A DNA stretch of 64,000 nt from Dicyema japonicum (lineage: Eukaryota > Animalia > Dicyemida), in contig RDEW01000004.1 in assembly GCA_011109175.1 (NCBI GenBank), positions 1,016,030-1,080,029 on the forward strand. Reading direction: 5' to 3'. The position numbers were made by a program, and so were the translations under genes. Below are positions 1-11,974 of this stretch, one piece after another; position 1 is the stretch's first letter, and every line of letters begins with the position of its first letter. Under the pieces are notes generated by a model. It made no database searches. It was not told the origin of the DNA and was given only the letters and a program-made list of their open reading frames with translations.

Positions 1-49
1 AATAGCAATGTCAGCGACACCAGAAAAGTTAATGAATTTGAGATTCCAC

Positions 50-300
50 TTTTGCCATGCATCTCAGGATACGCGCTGTTTTATCCTCCCCTGTTTCTCG
101 CAACCGCCCTCAGATCATCCAGATCCTATCCTATTTTCAGCTCTCTTCTTATCCAAATGAGTTCTTTTGCCGAGCGTCGACGACAACGTTGTTCTTTGTC
201 GACCTCGATGCGTTGTTTTGTTTAATGTAAAGAACTATGATTCCATGGCCTGATTGGCCGTGCCATTTCCGAAGCTCTTAAGATATCCAAAGAGCTGCCA
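50..300 (-). mobile_element. RTE-like LINE, 3' fragment
   Basis: Minus-strand translation has the RTE C-terminal motifs ANQAM, HRGRQRTTL and DLDDLRAVA shared with the longer RTE copies. Confidence 0.55.
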
Positions 301-304
301 TTCC

Positions 305-365
305 GCCTAAGTAACTTAATATAATAACACCAGAAACCACGGTTACACAAACTAATCACTTTTTA
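305..365 (-). mobile_element. Vingi-like LINE 3' UTR remnant
   Basis: Reverse complement TTAGTTTGTGTAACCGTGGTTTCTGGTGTTAT is nearly identical to the 3' UTR at about 60895-60925. Confidence 0.5.
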
Positions 366-399
366 GCATGTGCAGCGAAAAATATAAGAGAAAGAGTTA

Positions 400-2050
400 G
401 CTTGCTCGAAGCTCTTCTGTTCTAAGCCAGATCCCTCAGTGTGTCCAGGTCGTCACCAGATGCCAATGTTTTCTTTACGGCTTTCAGATCGTTTTGTAAA
501 ATGACCAGGAGGGTTGTTCTCGGTCTTAACGAAAGCGTTTTACATGGGATGAGTAGTAATCTCCCATGGCGATATTCGGGAGGGATGTCGGGTCCAACCT
601 CAGGACGTGTCCTAAAAGTCTCCAACAAGAGCTAATGATCTCGAGACTTAATGGCGTATATTCACACTTATTGTAAAGTCTTTTCCGCGAAATCTCGGAT
701 GGCCAGGACATTTCAGTTATGTTTTTTAGATGATTCCTGTGAAACGAGTCTCGTTTCTCCAATTCCTCTTTTGAGTTGCCCCAGGTCCCAGAGTTGTATA
801 GGAGGATTGGTTTGATAAAGGTATCGTATAACGTCATCCTTTGTTTTATTTTTTCCCTTTCCTTTTTAGCCATAGGTTATTCAGCCTATGCCGCCATGGT
901 TTTTTTCCGTATATTTTCATTATCTCCTAATTGAAAGCCAAGTTTCTTTGTGTGTCTCCATTTCTCCTCGAGTGAGTTATTCATTCGTCTTATTTCTGTC
1001 CGTTCTGTTTTTTCCCTGTTCACGGTGAGAAACCATTTCCCAAGTATATCTGGTACTTTTTCTAGTACATGCTCCAGGAGTTCTTTGTCTTCAGAGATTA
1101 GGTCGACGTCAGCATAAATCACTTCTATTTTTCCTTGGTATAATGGTCTCAGTTCCCTCATAGCGGCCTCCAAATATATTGTGAATAGTAGTAGAGAGAG
1201 TCTCCTTGAGGAGTGTTTGTTTCAAATTCTTTTGAGTAGGTTCTTCCAACTCTCACAAGGATTTCTGTGTTAGACAGAAGGATTTGGATCATTCTTAGAC
1301 TCGATTCGTCAAGAAACCCTTCCAGCACTGTCATCAATTTGTTCCTGTTTACCGAGTCAAAAGCTTTTGTAGATCTATTCCCAGAATGTGGGTGGCATTG
1401 CAATATCTTTGATGTGTTGCACATCTCTATCTGTGACTCCAGACTGCATCAGCTGTTGATTTTCCTTCTCTGAACCTACTTTCGGGTAGGTAGTCTTTTA
1501 TTCGTTCCAATACAATATTAGCTAAGACTTTCCGTAGAGAATTTGATAATATTATCGGTCGTAAGTTTTCAACCGGTCCTTTGGGTTTATTGGGTTTCTG
1601 TATTAGTAATCCCCTTCCCAGGGGTAAAGTTGAGTTAGTTGAAAACATTTCATTTAGTAGTGTAGCGATTTTTTCAGAAAGGGAGTCAAAACCGTATTTC
1701 AGTAATTCTGGGTTTATCGTAGCTTTTGTTATTTTTTAGTTTTTACATGCTGTTTTTATTTCCAAAAGTGTAATTGGTTGTTTCAAAGGCTTTCCTTTGA
1801 ATGGGGGGATTGCTGTAGTCACATTGAAAAGTTTCTCAAAATGTGTTCCAATTACCTCCGCTTGCTCTTCAGTATTCAGTGTTGTCTTTCCATTTTTGAT
1901 GATTATTCGTTCCTTCCGGTTTGTGTGGCGTAGTAAAGAACGACCATAGACACTTTTGATTTTTCAAAGCAGTTCTTCTTGGTGGAGTGTTCAGTCTTCT
2001 AATTTTTCTATGGCTTTTCTCTTTGTAGTCTTTTTCGTTTAGTTTTTTAA
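400..2050 (-). mobile_element. RTE-like LINE, 5'-truncated (RT plus C-terminus), frameshifted
   Basis: Motifs NLRPIILSNSLRK, KAFDSVNR, TPQGDSL, YADVD, LYDTFIKPILLYNSGTW, RWRLLGHVLR-type. Confidence 0.85.
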
Positions 2051-2277
2051 ACTTTTTTGCAAACTCCTCTGCTAGTTCTGTATCTTTCGACCCATACTGG
2101 CCGTACGTATATGGCAGTTAAGTTCTTGTTAGTCACTGGTTTCACTTGCTTGAAGGGATCGGGGTTAATAAAAAAAGAGGTTGAATTAATTAACATATAT
2201 TCAGTCCCCACGATCGTAGTAAGACTCATCCATTCTAAACATCGTGTCCATTTATACTCGCAATTGCGGAAGTCTCG

Positions 2278-2360
2278 CCAGTGGTGTTATGAGGAGAGTG
2301 ATTTTCCGGTCAAATATTGAGCGTCTTCTGAGACAAGTGGATCACAGAATCCCCTTAAGA
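2278..2360 (-). repeat. degenerate copy of the short ribozyme-like dispersed family
   Basis: Reverse complement TGTGATCCACTTGTCTCAGAAGACGCTCA...CCACTGG aligns with 31716-31796. Confidence 0.45.
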
Positions 2361-2496
2361 CTCAAAGAAGGCACATAGGAATAAGAAACCGTTTGAATAA
2401 ATAGTTGGGGTTATAGGAATTAAACCCCCTAAGTGATGGGATTAATAAAATTATGAAAATTTAATAACTAAAATAAATTATTACTAAAATTTAATT

Positions 2497-5400
2497 TTAG
2501 ACAGTTTTCTTTGAATTCATTGTTAAAATATTTTGTTCAATATTATATTTTTTCATTAACCTCTCCCTAATCTTATTACGTTCTGATTCTGAGGATTGGA
2601 TAGTTAATTCGTTTTTCTTTTGAATTTTAATTTTCTCATCTCTTGTCATTTTGTATTGAGAAATTAAGTTCCTGGCCTTTTCAATCAACTCTGTTATTTT
2701 TTCGTGCCTCATCTGTTCCTCACTGCAAGTTGAGTTATAGTTTTTGTAGTCGTTGCGTAAGTTGGTGGTCGTTTTTGACAGTACAAGTTGATCCATATTT
2801 TCAAATGGTGAATTATCAATTCCAACTTTGTTTTTCTCGTTGCGTGTAGTTAGTTTTTTTTTGAGTTCATCCATCAGTTCCGGAATTGGATAATGGAAAG
2901 TTTTATAACTTTTGGGATTTCTATATTCATCCGTCGGGGGAATTCCATCATCGAATTGAGAAGTATCTCCAATACTTAAAAACTTCATATTCGACTCACT
3001 TGTTAAACAAGATACATCCTCGCTCGGTCTTTCCATTAAACAAGGGGGTTGTTTGCTCGATTCACTCATTAAGCAAGATACATCCTCGCTCGGTCTTTCC
3101 ATTAAACAAGGGGGTTGTTTGCTCGATTCACTCATTAAGCAAGATACATCCTCGCTCGGTCTTTCCATTAAACAAGGGGGTTGTTTGCTCGATTCACTCA
3201 TTAAGCAAGATACATCCTCGCTCGGTCTTTCTATTAAACGAGGGGGTTGTTTGCTCGATTCACTCATCAAGCAAGAGAAATTATCGGTTGGTTTGTCCAT
3301 TAAACGATAGGATTGTTTGCTCGACTGACTCATTAGGCAAGAGAGATTATCGGTTGGTTTGTCCATCAAACGATAGGATTGTTTGCTCGACTGACTCATT
3401 AGGCAAGAGAGATTATCGGTTGGTTTGTCCATCAAACGAAATGATTGTTTGCTCGACTCACTCATTAAGGATATAGACTTTATTGATTTGAATGAAAAAT
3501 CTATGGGCGGTTGGATGACGTCATAATTTTGGGATCTAAAATGTAATTTAGTATTACCCTATCGAGATTGATTTATTGAGAGAGTCAATACTGAACATTT
3601 TTCTAATATTAGGATCTATAAGGTAATTCAGCAATCAAACAATCAAGTAGATTTTTACCCTCCGGAAGGGTTCTTATAGAGGCAAGTTTAAAAGTCTGTG
3701 CCTTATTTTTAATCGAGAAAAGAAATTTAATTTTATTTTTCGGGCTACAACGCACATCACAACCATTAATCTGGAAAATTAACTCAAATATAACCTCCAG
3801 GATAAAATCGTTGTCTTTGAAACCAGCCTTTTCCTCTTCTGAGTGTCTCTCCACCTTTTCGATAAAGTTGAATGACGGAATAGAACTATACCCTGACTCC
3901 AAATCCTCGGGAATCTTCTTTTCTAGTATTAAAGATTTACTGCATTACTTGAGGTACCACGAAGAAACACTCCCAATCTACTGACTTTCCGAGAATACCA
4001 CAGACTTCTCACTGAGAAAGACCTATATTTTTGTTACAATCGAACCTATCCGATTCCGAAATAGTGGATTCAGTATCATAACCACATAAAGCTACATAAT
4101 CAAATAAAAAGCTACAAAATATCGAAGTTATTGAATATTTGTGCATTCGTAGTTTTCTGGCGAATTTGGAGGTGAATATTCTACTCCCATACTTTTCGGA
4201 GGATTTGTTTATTATTAAGCTATTCTAGAAACTTGTGTTATGTGAAACTACAGTTCTCAATAAGGTATTCATTTTAGAACTATAACCGACGCTTTTCTCA
4301 GCATTGTAAATGAAGGCTGAAATCACTAAAAATCGGGTACCATCATCATTCTCAACAAAAGACAGCAATTTCACGAAATTGTTATTCTCAACCTTTTGAG
4401 CCACCATTAAAGGAGTCTCCAAGAGTGAATTCACCACATTAAACTGAGCACCTTTTTTGATTAAATAGGCTGCCGATTTAATCTTTGATCATTAAATCTT
4501 ATACTTTATCATTTAGGACGCAAATATGCACGCACGTGTCCCCATTATTGTTGATGCTGTTAATTTCGGCTCCATATTGTATAAGCAATGAAACCACCTG
4601 AACGGAATGCATTTGACAAGCCTGAATGAAAAATACGACACAACCAGATGCAACTCGGTATTCCCGTCAGAATCAACGCAGTCAAGCGGGGAGTCATTTT
4701 CGATCAAAAATTTGATCATTTCTAAGGAACCCTCGTTTTTAATGGCGCAGAAAAGGGGGGTAAAGTTAAAAGAATCCCTTATTGAAGTACTTAATCCCAA
4801 TTCTACCAAAGTCTGCCAATAAAAATTATGTTACCTTTATGACCTCAAAGTTGTTGTATTGAACCGCCTTATGAAAGGAAGTAGATAACTCAATGTTCCT
4901 AAAATCGAGAAATGCTCCATTTTGAAAAAATTCGTAAATTAAGTCAATTGTTCCAATTTGACCACAAAGTGTTATTGGTGTTTCTAAAAAGTATTTCTTT
5001 CAGTAAACCTCCAGTTTTTTGGTCGATTACATTTGGATCGAATCCATTGGATAGCATATTCTTAATCACGGCAAACTCATTATTTTTAATGTAAGTGAAT
5101 ATCACGGAGAGATCATCCTACCTTAACAATATTGGGCTGACCTTGCGCACTTTCGGTGGGAATTTCTTAAAACACCTTGTTTTAGGGTGAAACTAAATAT
5201 CATCAACGTCACTTAACCTTTAAAGTTTGCATTGGGCGATCCAAGTCGTATTCCTGCAACCGTTTCCATTCGTCAAGAAACACTCCGTCTTTATTAAACC
5301 TATCAGGGACATAAAAACCAAAATTTATGGAAAGTTTTAATCTCTAAAATTTTATCACTCGTCAACTTTTCCAATTTCTTCTATTAAATGCTTTTTTATA

Positions 5401-5527
5401 TCCCATATGAGCACGTTTCCATCAGTCTCTATTATTTTCTAAAATTTGAATCTGTAAAATACCTCAAAATTTATGCTTGGGACTATAATACGAAGTAATA
5501 GACTATTGGCAGGAGAATTGACTTTTC
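2497..5527 (-). CDS. SHANK: SHANK/ProSAP-like scaffold (FERM-N, ankyrin repeats, PDZ, PPxxF), multi-exon; 5' exons unresolved
   Basis: Spliced translation: LLLRIIVP..KIIETDGNVLIWDIK, INFGFYVPDRFNKDGVFLDEWKRLQEY (cf. SHANK LNYGLF..GKFLDEERLLQEY), MLSNGFDPNVID, ankyrin FTPLFCAI..DSDGNTELH, PDZ LGVFLRG..FIEKVERHSEEEKAGFKDNDFILE/INGCDV, then QPPIDF spliced in frame into ORF 2497-3465. Confidence 0.8.
3004..3465 (-). repeat. coding tandem repeat, 7 x 66 bp (22 aa)
   Basis: 3 x MS(E/Q)SSKQS(F/Y)RLMDKPTDN(L/F)SCL followed by 4 x MSESSKQPP(R/C)L(I/M)ERPSEDVSCL. Confidence 0.95.
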
Positions 5528-5619
5528 CTAAAGACATTACAATGCTCAATTGTTATTTATTTTATTCGAAATTAGGTTAACCAGACTAATATTTTTATAA
5601 AATTTATTATATTATTGAC

Positions 5620-6600
5620 ACTTAACATATGAGGACATAATTTTAGATACCAATCTCTTCCATGATCTCCAATCGTCATCAATAAATCTAGGTCATCCAC
5701 AGATTTCAACTTGATGTCATTTCCTAGGACAACTTGTGGAGTTTATAAAATTTAGTTATCCATTTATTATATTGAATAATTTATATTTTGTTAAGCTAAG
5801 AAACAAAAATTGTGCTGAATAAACCCAAATTTTATTGATTAAAAATATTTTATGCTTTTAGCAGCCTCCCATGTTCCTCTGCAGACATTCGTTTGACCAA
5901 CCAGGGTGAATTGTGGAATTATTATAAACTTTGGTCATCTAATTGATTTACTGTAAAAACTTGGGATTAAAAACAAAATTAAAATGGTTCTATTATTGAA
6001 ACAGATATAAATATTTAGCATTTTTGTAACCAATGAAAATTTAATATTTTGTCAATATCTTTAATATTATGTTTCTTAATTCTATCAATCGGCAGTAGGA
6101 TTGTGGAGGATCAAATTTAAAGTGAAAAAGTAATGAGTAAAAGATTGGAATGTTTGCATATCCTTCACTACGTTCATGCAAACATGAAGAATTTGGAATC
6201 AGGTCGTATCATTTATGAGAGGATGTGAAATGAAAAATCCAAAGAAACCAGATTAACTAATCAATTCATCCCGATGTGATGCACAAATGATCTCATCTTG
6301 CCACAAAACCACATATAGGGAGTAAAATCGGTTCTTACAGATCAGATATTCCAAAGAAGTTTATGAGAAGCTTTTCTTCCCAGAAATTCGTCACTACATT
6401 ACTTTGAACGTCCTTTTCAGGATAACCTCTGAAAAAATAAAACATATTTCACCAGAGTAGAGCTTCACAGTTCAATCCCATGAAGAATAATATTAATGTT
6501 CCTTAAAAGAGAAAGAATTGTTTCATTAAAGTATCTCAAACAGAAAAGTAGAAAATCAAAACCGACAAGGATCTTTGAACCGCTTTCTATTACAGGGTTG
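5620..6600 (-). other. possible unidentified coding exons
   Basis: Short open stretches bounded by GT/AG, e.g. GYPEKDVQSNVVTNFWEEKLLINFFGISD; no family recognised. Confidence 0.25.
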
Positions 6601-6687
6601 AGTTTATCTCGGGTAGTTGTCGAAGAGATTTCAACATTTCATGTGAAAATATGATTATATAGTGCTTATATTAGAGAAATGGTTAAG

Positions 6688-9510
6688 GTGGTGACGACAT
6701 TTCTAATGCACAAATGTCTGAAACGCACTTGAAGCGCTTGGAGGGGCTTAAAGTAACATCTATCAATGTAAGAGGGATCAGCAAGGAGTGGAAAGAAACC
6801 TGTTATGTTCGAATCTAGAAAGATATGGTGCAGACGTGGGATGCCTACAAGAGACAAAAATACAGGCTGGAATGGACGAGCTACGTGGAGACTATAGACT
6901 CATTTTACTATCATTGTCATCAAGAAACTATGGACAAGGGTTTGCCGTGCACAAGAAACTTGTTCGCGGAATACATCGGTGTTGGAGTGTTAACTACAGA
7001 ATCAGCATACTGCAAATACGGGTTGGGGTCAAACGCACGTCGAGGGCCCTTATCTCAATTATAAATGTTTATGCACCCCACAGTTGACGGGTCGCCAAAG
7101 ATTCGGACGAACTTGATACTTCCTAAATGCAGCTGTCGATGATAAATGCCGAACTGGAATCATCTATTCTAGTCTTCATTGCCGGAGACTGAAATGCTAA
7201 AGCAGGAGTACGTCGAGAACATGAGTCGACTATCGGAAGACATGGAAGAAGGATCAGGAACCGGCTGGGAGCTGTGCTGATAAATTTCTGCCTGGTATTT
7301 GGTCTATTCCTGTGTAACACTGTGTTTGCGCATGCTACAAGGCATAAGACTACTTGGACGAGCTGCAGAAGAAATGAATCTGGGGGCCATGTGATGATAA
7401 ACAATCAGATTGATTAAATTCTTTGCCGACAGAAAAATAGAACACTATTACGGGACTCGAGGTCATACGGAGGGGCCGTCGTGAAAAGCGACCACAAGAT
7501 CGTCGTGGGCCTGTTTGATATTACAAGTCGCTATGCACCTACTTTAGGAACAAAGTCATCTCAGGTCATACGGAGAGGATACCTAGTCGAGAGATTATGT
7601 TTTTCACACTTGACTCGAAATATCTATCGAGCATCGATGGAACATTATCGAACACATTGGGAGGCGGCCGCACAACGCACGAGGTACCGAGCAGGGTCAC
7701 CCCGATGTTCCCGCACTAGCTGCAAAACAGAAGGATCTTCGACTATCGCTAGAAAACATGACGAACACAGTAAAATGCTTTTTACAGTCGGAACGTACCA
7801 GGATACAGAGAAAAATCAGAAAATTAAACAGTGAACATGTTGCAAACGTTTTGGATGCAAGGCTAAAGGAAGTGGAAAATCTAAAGGATTGTGCGCAGAT
7901 GTTCTTGGCAACGCGCCTGCTTAAGAGGAGGAACTAAGAATTCAGGATAACAAAGGGAATATGATTTTTGACGCTACAGAACAAGCCGAACTAATTGCTG
8001 CTCATTTTGAACGATTTTTTGACGTCGACAGGGAAAAGGTGAACCTAATCCTGGTAATGCAGAAAATCTTGTAAATGAAATCACAGTAGGAAAAGTTATG
8101 AAAGCAATAGAGAGACTGAAGTGCAATCCCTCGTCAGGATTGGAAAGCATAAGTGCTGAGTTACTAAAGTACGGCCTAAAAACCCTGGTGGAAATCGTGG
8201 CCAAAGTATTAACCTTCTTTCGTTGGGAAAAGGAATTCTGGTGCCGATTCAAAAACCGAATAAAAGGGCGGGCCTTATGGAAAACCTGCGCCCAGTCATC
8301 CTACTTAATACGCTAAGAAAGGTTCTTGCTCTGGTGATGCTGGATCGTGTGCAAGAGCTTGTGAATGAATTTATGTCATCGATTCACAGTGGATTCAGGA
8401 CAGAAAGATCTACCGCTGATGTGGTCTGGGGCATAAGTGGCGTTGTGCCACTTACCAAAGATTTGAGAGTGCTACTACAATTTTGGGGATCGACATGTCG
8501 AGAACTTTCGACACAATTCACCGAGGAAAGCTTATTGATGTTTTGCGGGGATTCCTTAATAGCGATTCTGTCAGGATGATGTAAGTTTTATTGTCGAACA
8601 CAGAACTGACGATACGAGTTGGGAGTAGGAAGGCTGTAAATTTTTCGAAGACTGTGGGTACCCCCCAGGGGGACTCCCTTTTCTCTTTGCTGTTTGTGGT
8701 ATACCTGGAGGCAGCACTGCGTGGTCATATAAGTTTTTATAATGGGCAAATCACCGAAATTGTATACGCTGATAATGTGGATTTCGTATCTGAAGATAAA
8801 GCAGCCTTGAGGCGGTTACTTAATGTTGCCCCTGCAGAGTTTGGGAAATGGTTTCTTACTGTGAATACAACTAAAACTAAAATTGTGGAAATCGTACGCA
8901 TGGGATCAAGATAGGAAGAATGATGGAAACGTTCCAGAAAGCTCGGCTCCCTCCTCGGGGACAGTGAGGACATCACCTGGAGGAAAGTACTATCCACGGT
9001 CGCACTGAACAGGATGAAGACGAATAATCGGTAACGATCAAGCTTCTTTTGCGCCTCTACAATGCTTTCGTGAAGCCAGTCCTGCTATATAACTCTACCC
9101 GCTGGAGGATATCGGTCTCAGAAACCAAAAATCTTAACTCCTTCCATCGAAGGCAATTACGAATACTGTGCGGGGTACAATGGCCGACACGGATCAACAA
9201 TAAGGCACTGTACCGAAAGTGCACAACGCGATCTGTGACTTGGGATGTAGTGGAGGCCCGATGGAGACTGTTAGAACACGTCATATGGATGGACCCCACA
9301 TCACCTGCAAATTTGGTAATGGAAGAATATTTCGGTGCAAGTGGAAATAAATATAGGGGGCGCTTGCGTACTACGCTACCGGGAGTGCTGGATGAGGATC
9401 TCAAGGCAATCAACCGGAGGCTCGTAAGTAAGGAGGATCTGAATGCTATGAGAAGTTTGTGTGTAGCAGGGGAAGATGGACGAGATTGATCCTAAAAATT
9501 GCTTTAAGCA
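6688..9510 (+). mobile_element. RTE-like LINE, near full length (APE plus RT), frameshifted
   Basis: MSETHLKRLEGLKVTSINVRG, CLQETK, IINVYAPH, SDHKIV, NLRPVILLNTLRK, GTPQGDSL, YADNVD, LYNAFVKPVLLYN, RWRLLEHV. Confidence 0.9.
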
Positions 9511-9689
9511 CGTGTGGAAATATAACAATTATGTTTCTTCGATAGTTGCCTATAATATCATAGAAATAGTGATTATTACAAAATTAATTTTCATAAAATC
9601 CTATTAAATCAAATTTGATTACCAAGTGCCTTAGTTCAATGAGTTATGTAATTGAACATTCTAAATAGTATCAGCTTTGAAAACTTACA

Positions 9690-10830
9690 TTTTCTAAAAG
9701 TAAGTTACTATAAAGTAAACATTGCAAATTAAGTGATGGGGGAAGTAATATGAAACGGTAGGGCCTGCCAGTTGACTTCTACCACGACTTCTCCCCAAGA
9801 AATCCGTAAACACAGGGTCATCTCTGAAGATAAGTCTTAGATACTTTAGTGCGGTTTTTGAAACCTCGAATAAGATTTTCGATAGTTCCGCCAACCTTGC
9901 ACATTTTTCCTTCCAACCATACAAGGATTGGCATACGAGGATTTATTCAGTAAGCAAGCTTTAGAGCCGTTTTATCAAATTTCTTGAGAATAGAGTCTCT
10001 CCTTTTTGAGTTGAGTCGTACCATCCTTCTAAACCGTATAACAGTGTAGGAAGTATTGGGAGTTAAGACATAAACAAAGGTCTCCGGCTCTAGCTTTTAT
10101 TTTTTAACGCAGAACAGAACGTTCGTATCTTTTTTACTTTCGTATTTTAGCATGTTTCATAAAATTACCTCTCTCGTCAATTAGGAAATCAAGGTATTTC
10201 ATAGTCTTCTTTCGAGATATGTCTTGTAACGACTTCTTTAGGTTAGCCATAGCCAGCCTCTTGTTTCCAGTTATCCACACCAGACTTCTCATGTGTCACT
10301 GAAAGAAATTTTTCATTACACCACTCTTCGATCTGGTCCATGTAGGTCTTCAACCATTTCTCAGATATCAAAGGGTTTTAAGAGACATCATAAATTTTGA
10401 CATCATCAGAATATATCAAGATTTCTTACGTGGGTTTTCTGGGAAGGCAATTCACTCAATGTTGAATAATAGAGGACTGAGCACTGAACCCTAAGGGACA
10501 CCTCCAAAAGTTTGTGTATTCTTTTTAATATTAGGCCTTGCACTATAACCTTCCCGGTTGGGATAGTACGGCATTACTGAATTAGTAAGACGACAATTTC
10601 TAAAATATTTCTTACTGGTTATGTACCTAAATATTATTTGGGCTTACAAATATCAGCTGTCGATTCTATAGCTTTGTTGACTTTTGTGGGATTTCGTGAA
10701 GTGGTAAATTTAATTGTACATGCGGTTTTAACAAAATGTGGTTTACTCAAATCATGACTACTCTGAAGTATCAACAACATCAGTAGCTTCAGAGTAATGA
10801 TCCTCAAGGCACAATCATTTTTAAATGGAA
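9690..10830 (-). mobile_element. CR1/L2-like LINE RT remnant
   Basis: Minus strand GVP*GSVLSPLLFNI, IYSDDVKI, PTLLYGLEGW. Confidence 0.6.
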
Positions 10831-11089
10831 GCAATTATAACCAAAATGCAATTCAATTTTTTCAGAATTTCAGGTTTCTGACGTCCCATGTCAACTATTC
10901 CTCACTAGAAGGAGATTTTATCAATAATGAAATTAAATGGTCATTCCACACAATAGAAATACGTCACCACCTCAAACTTCCGACAAATTAAACACTGGTA
11001 GTCCTTATACTAACTTTAGGGATATCAATTTATCATGAAATTTTTTATTGATAAACTGACATTAAAGATCTGAAAATTATCATTTTTGA

Positions 11090-11660
11090 ACTAACAATTA
11101 TGAAATACCTAGAATGACACGACATTTCTTCCAGAACATTCGACTCACGATCATGAGGGGTAACTCCATTGCGTGCTCAATACCTCAGGCCATAATGGAG
11201 ACCTGTCATAATAACTCTCCTACTAAAGGAGCTCTGGAAAGAGTCTGAGGCATAGAGTTATTGCGTAAGGACTGGACTCTGCCGGATTCCGAGTTCAATT
11301 GGAACCTCTCGTACTGACCTTAGCAAATAAAAGACGCTATAAGATTATTCTCTTTTTATGAGACCTCGCCCGGGAGTCATCTGGATGGATGACTTTTTTC
11401 CCGAAATTTTTCACTGGCTGTAACAGTTACCCCATCTGGTGCTTTCTATCTCCACAATCAAGGCCCACCGGTTCCAGGGACGACGGGAATACAGCCGCCT
11501 CAAGAGAGCGTTTCACAACCCCGTTGATGCTGCATTCCTCGGGAACCGGCCTCTGCTGAGACGGAAGAGAGCCGGTGAAGTCCTTTAGTCTACAACGGCA
11601 TGGATGAGGCTGGCACAGGTCGATCCTAGACGGATAGAAATCCCGATTTTTGAACACTTG
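11090..11660. mobile_element. two CRE-like RLE fragments tail to tail (+ about 11090-11180; - about 11180-11660)
   Basis: Plus strand HFFQNIRLTIMRGNSIA; minus strand CRCRLKD..NGVVKRSLEAAVFPSSLEPVGLDCGDRK. Confidence 0.6.
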
Positions 11661-11974
11661 GTAGGATTGGCGTGGAAATAAAAAAGACCCTTTCAGATTA
11701 AACCTCGAAGTGGAATAAAATTAATTATGACTTAATTTAAAATAAAATTTTGCGTCGACTTAATATCCCTGAGGATATGAGCCAAAATACCAAGAAAGTT
11801 GAAAAAGCTCTCTAAAAAATATATTTTCACAAATTCTTAAAAAAAGTTTGGAACAAGCATTTATCTATAGCTCGAATAAAAAAGATAAAAGGTCATTATT
11901 AGTAGGAACATCTGTTACTGAAATTCACTACAAGAATGAATTATTATTAATAAGCACACCGCAAAACAACGTTA

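Noticed and set aside
2886-3476. plus-strand ORFs (196 aa, 85 aa) as separate genes
   Set aside because: They are antisense shadows of the stop-free 66-bp repeat; the minus frame splices into the SHANK-like gene
5620-5740. SAM domain for the SHANK-like gene
   Set aside because: Only vague similarity, and it lies upstream of the FERM exon rather than at the C-terminus
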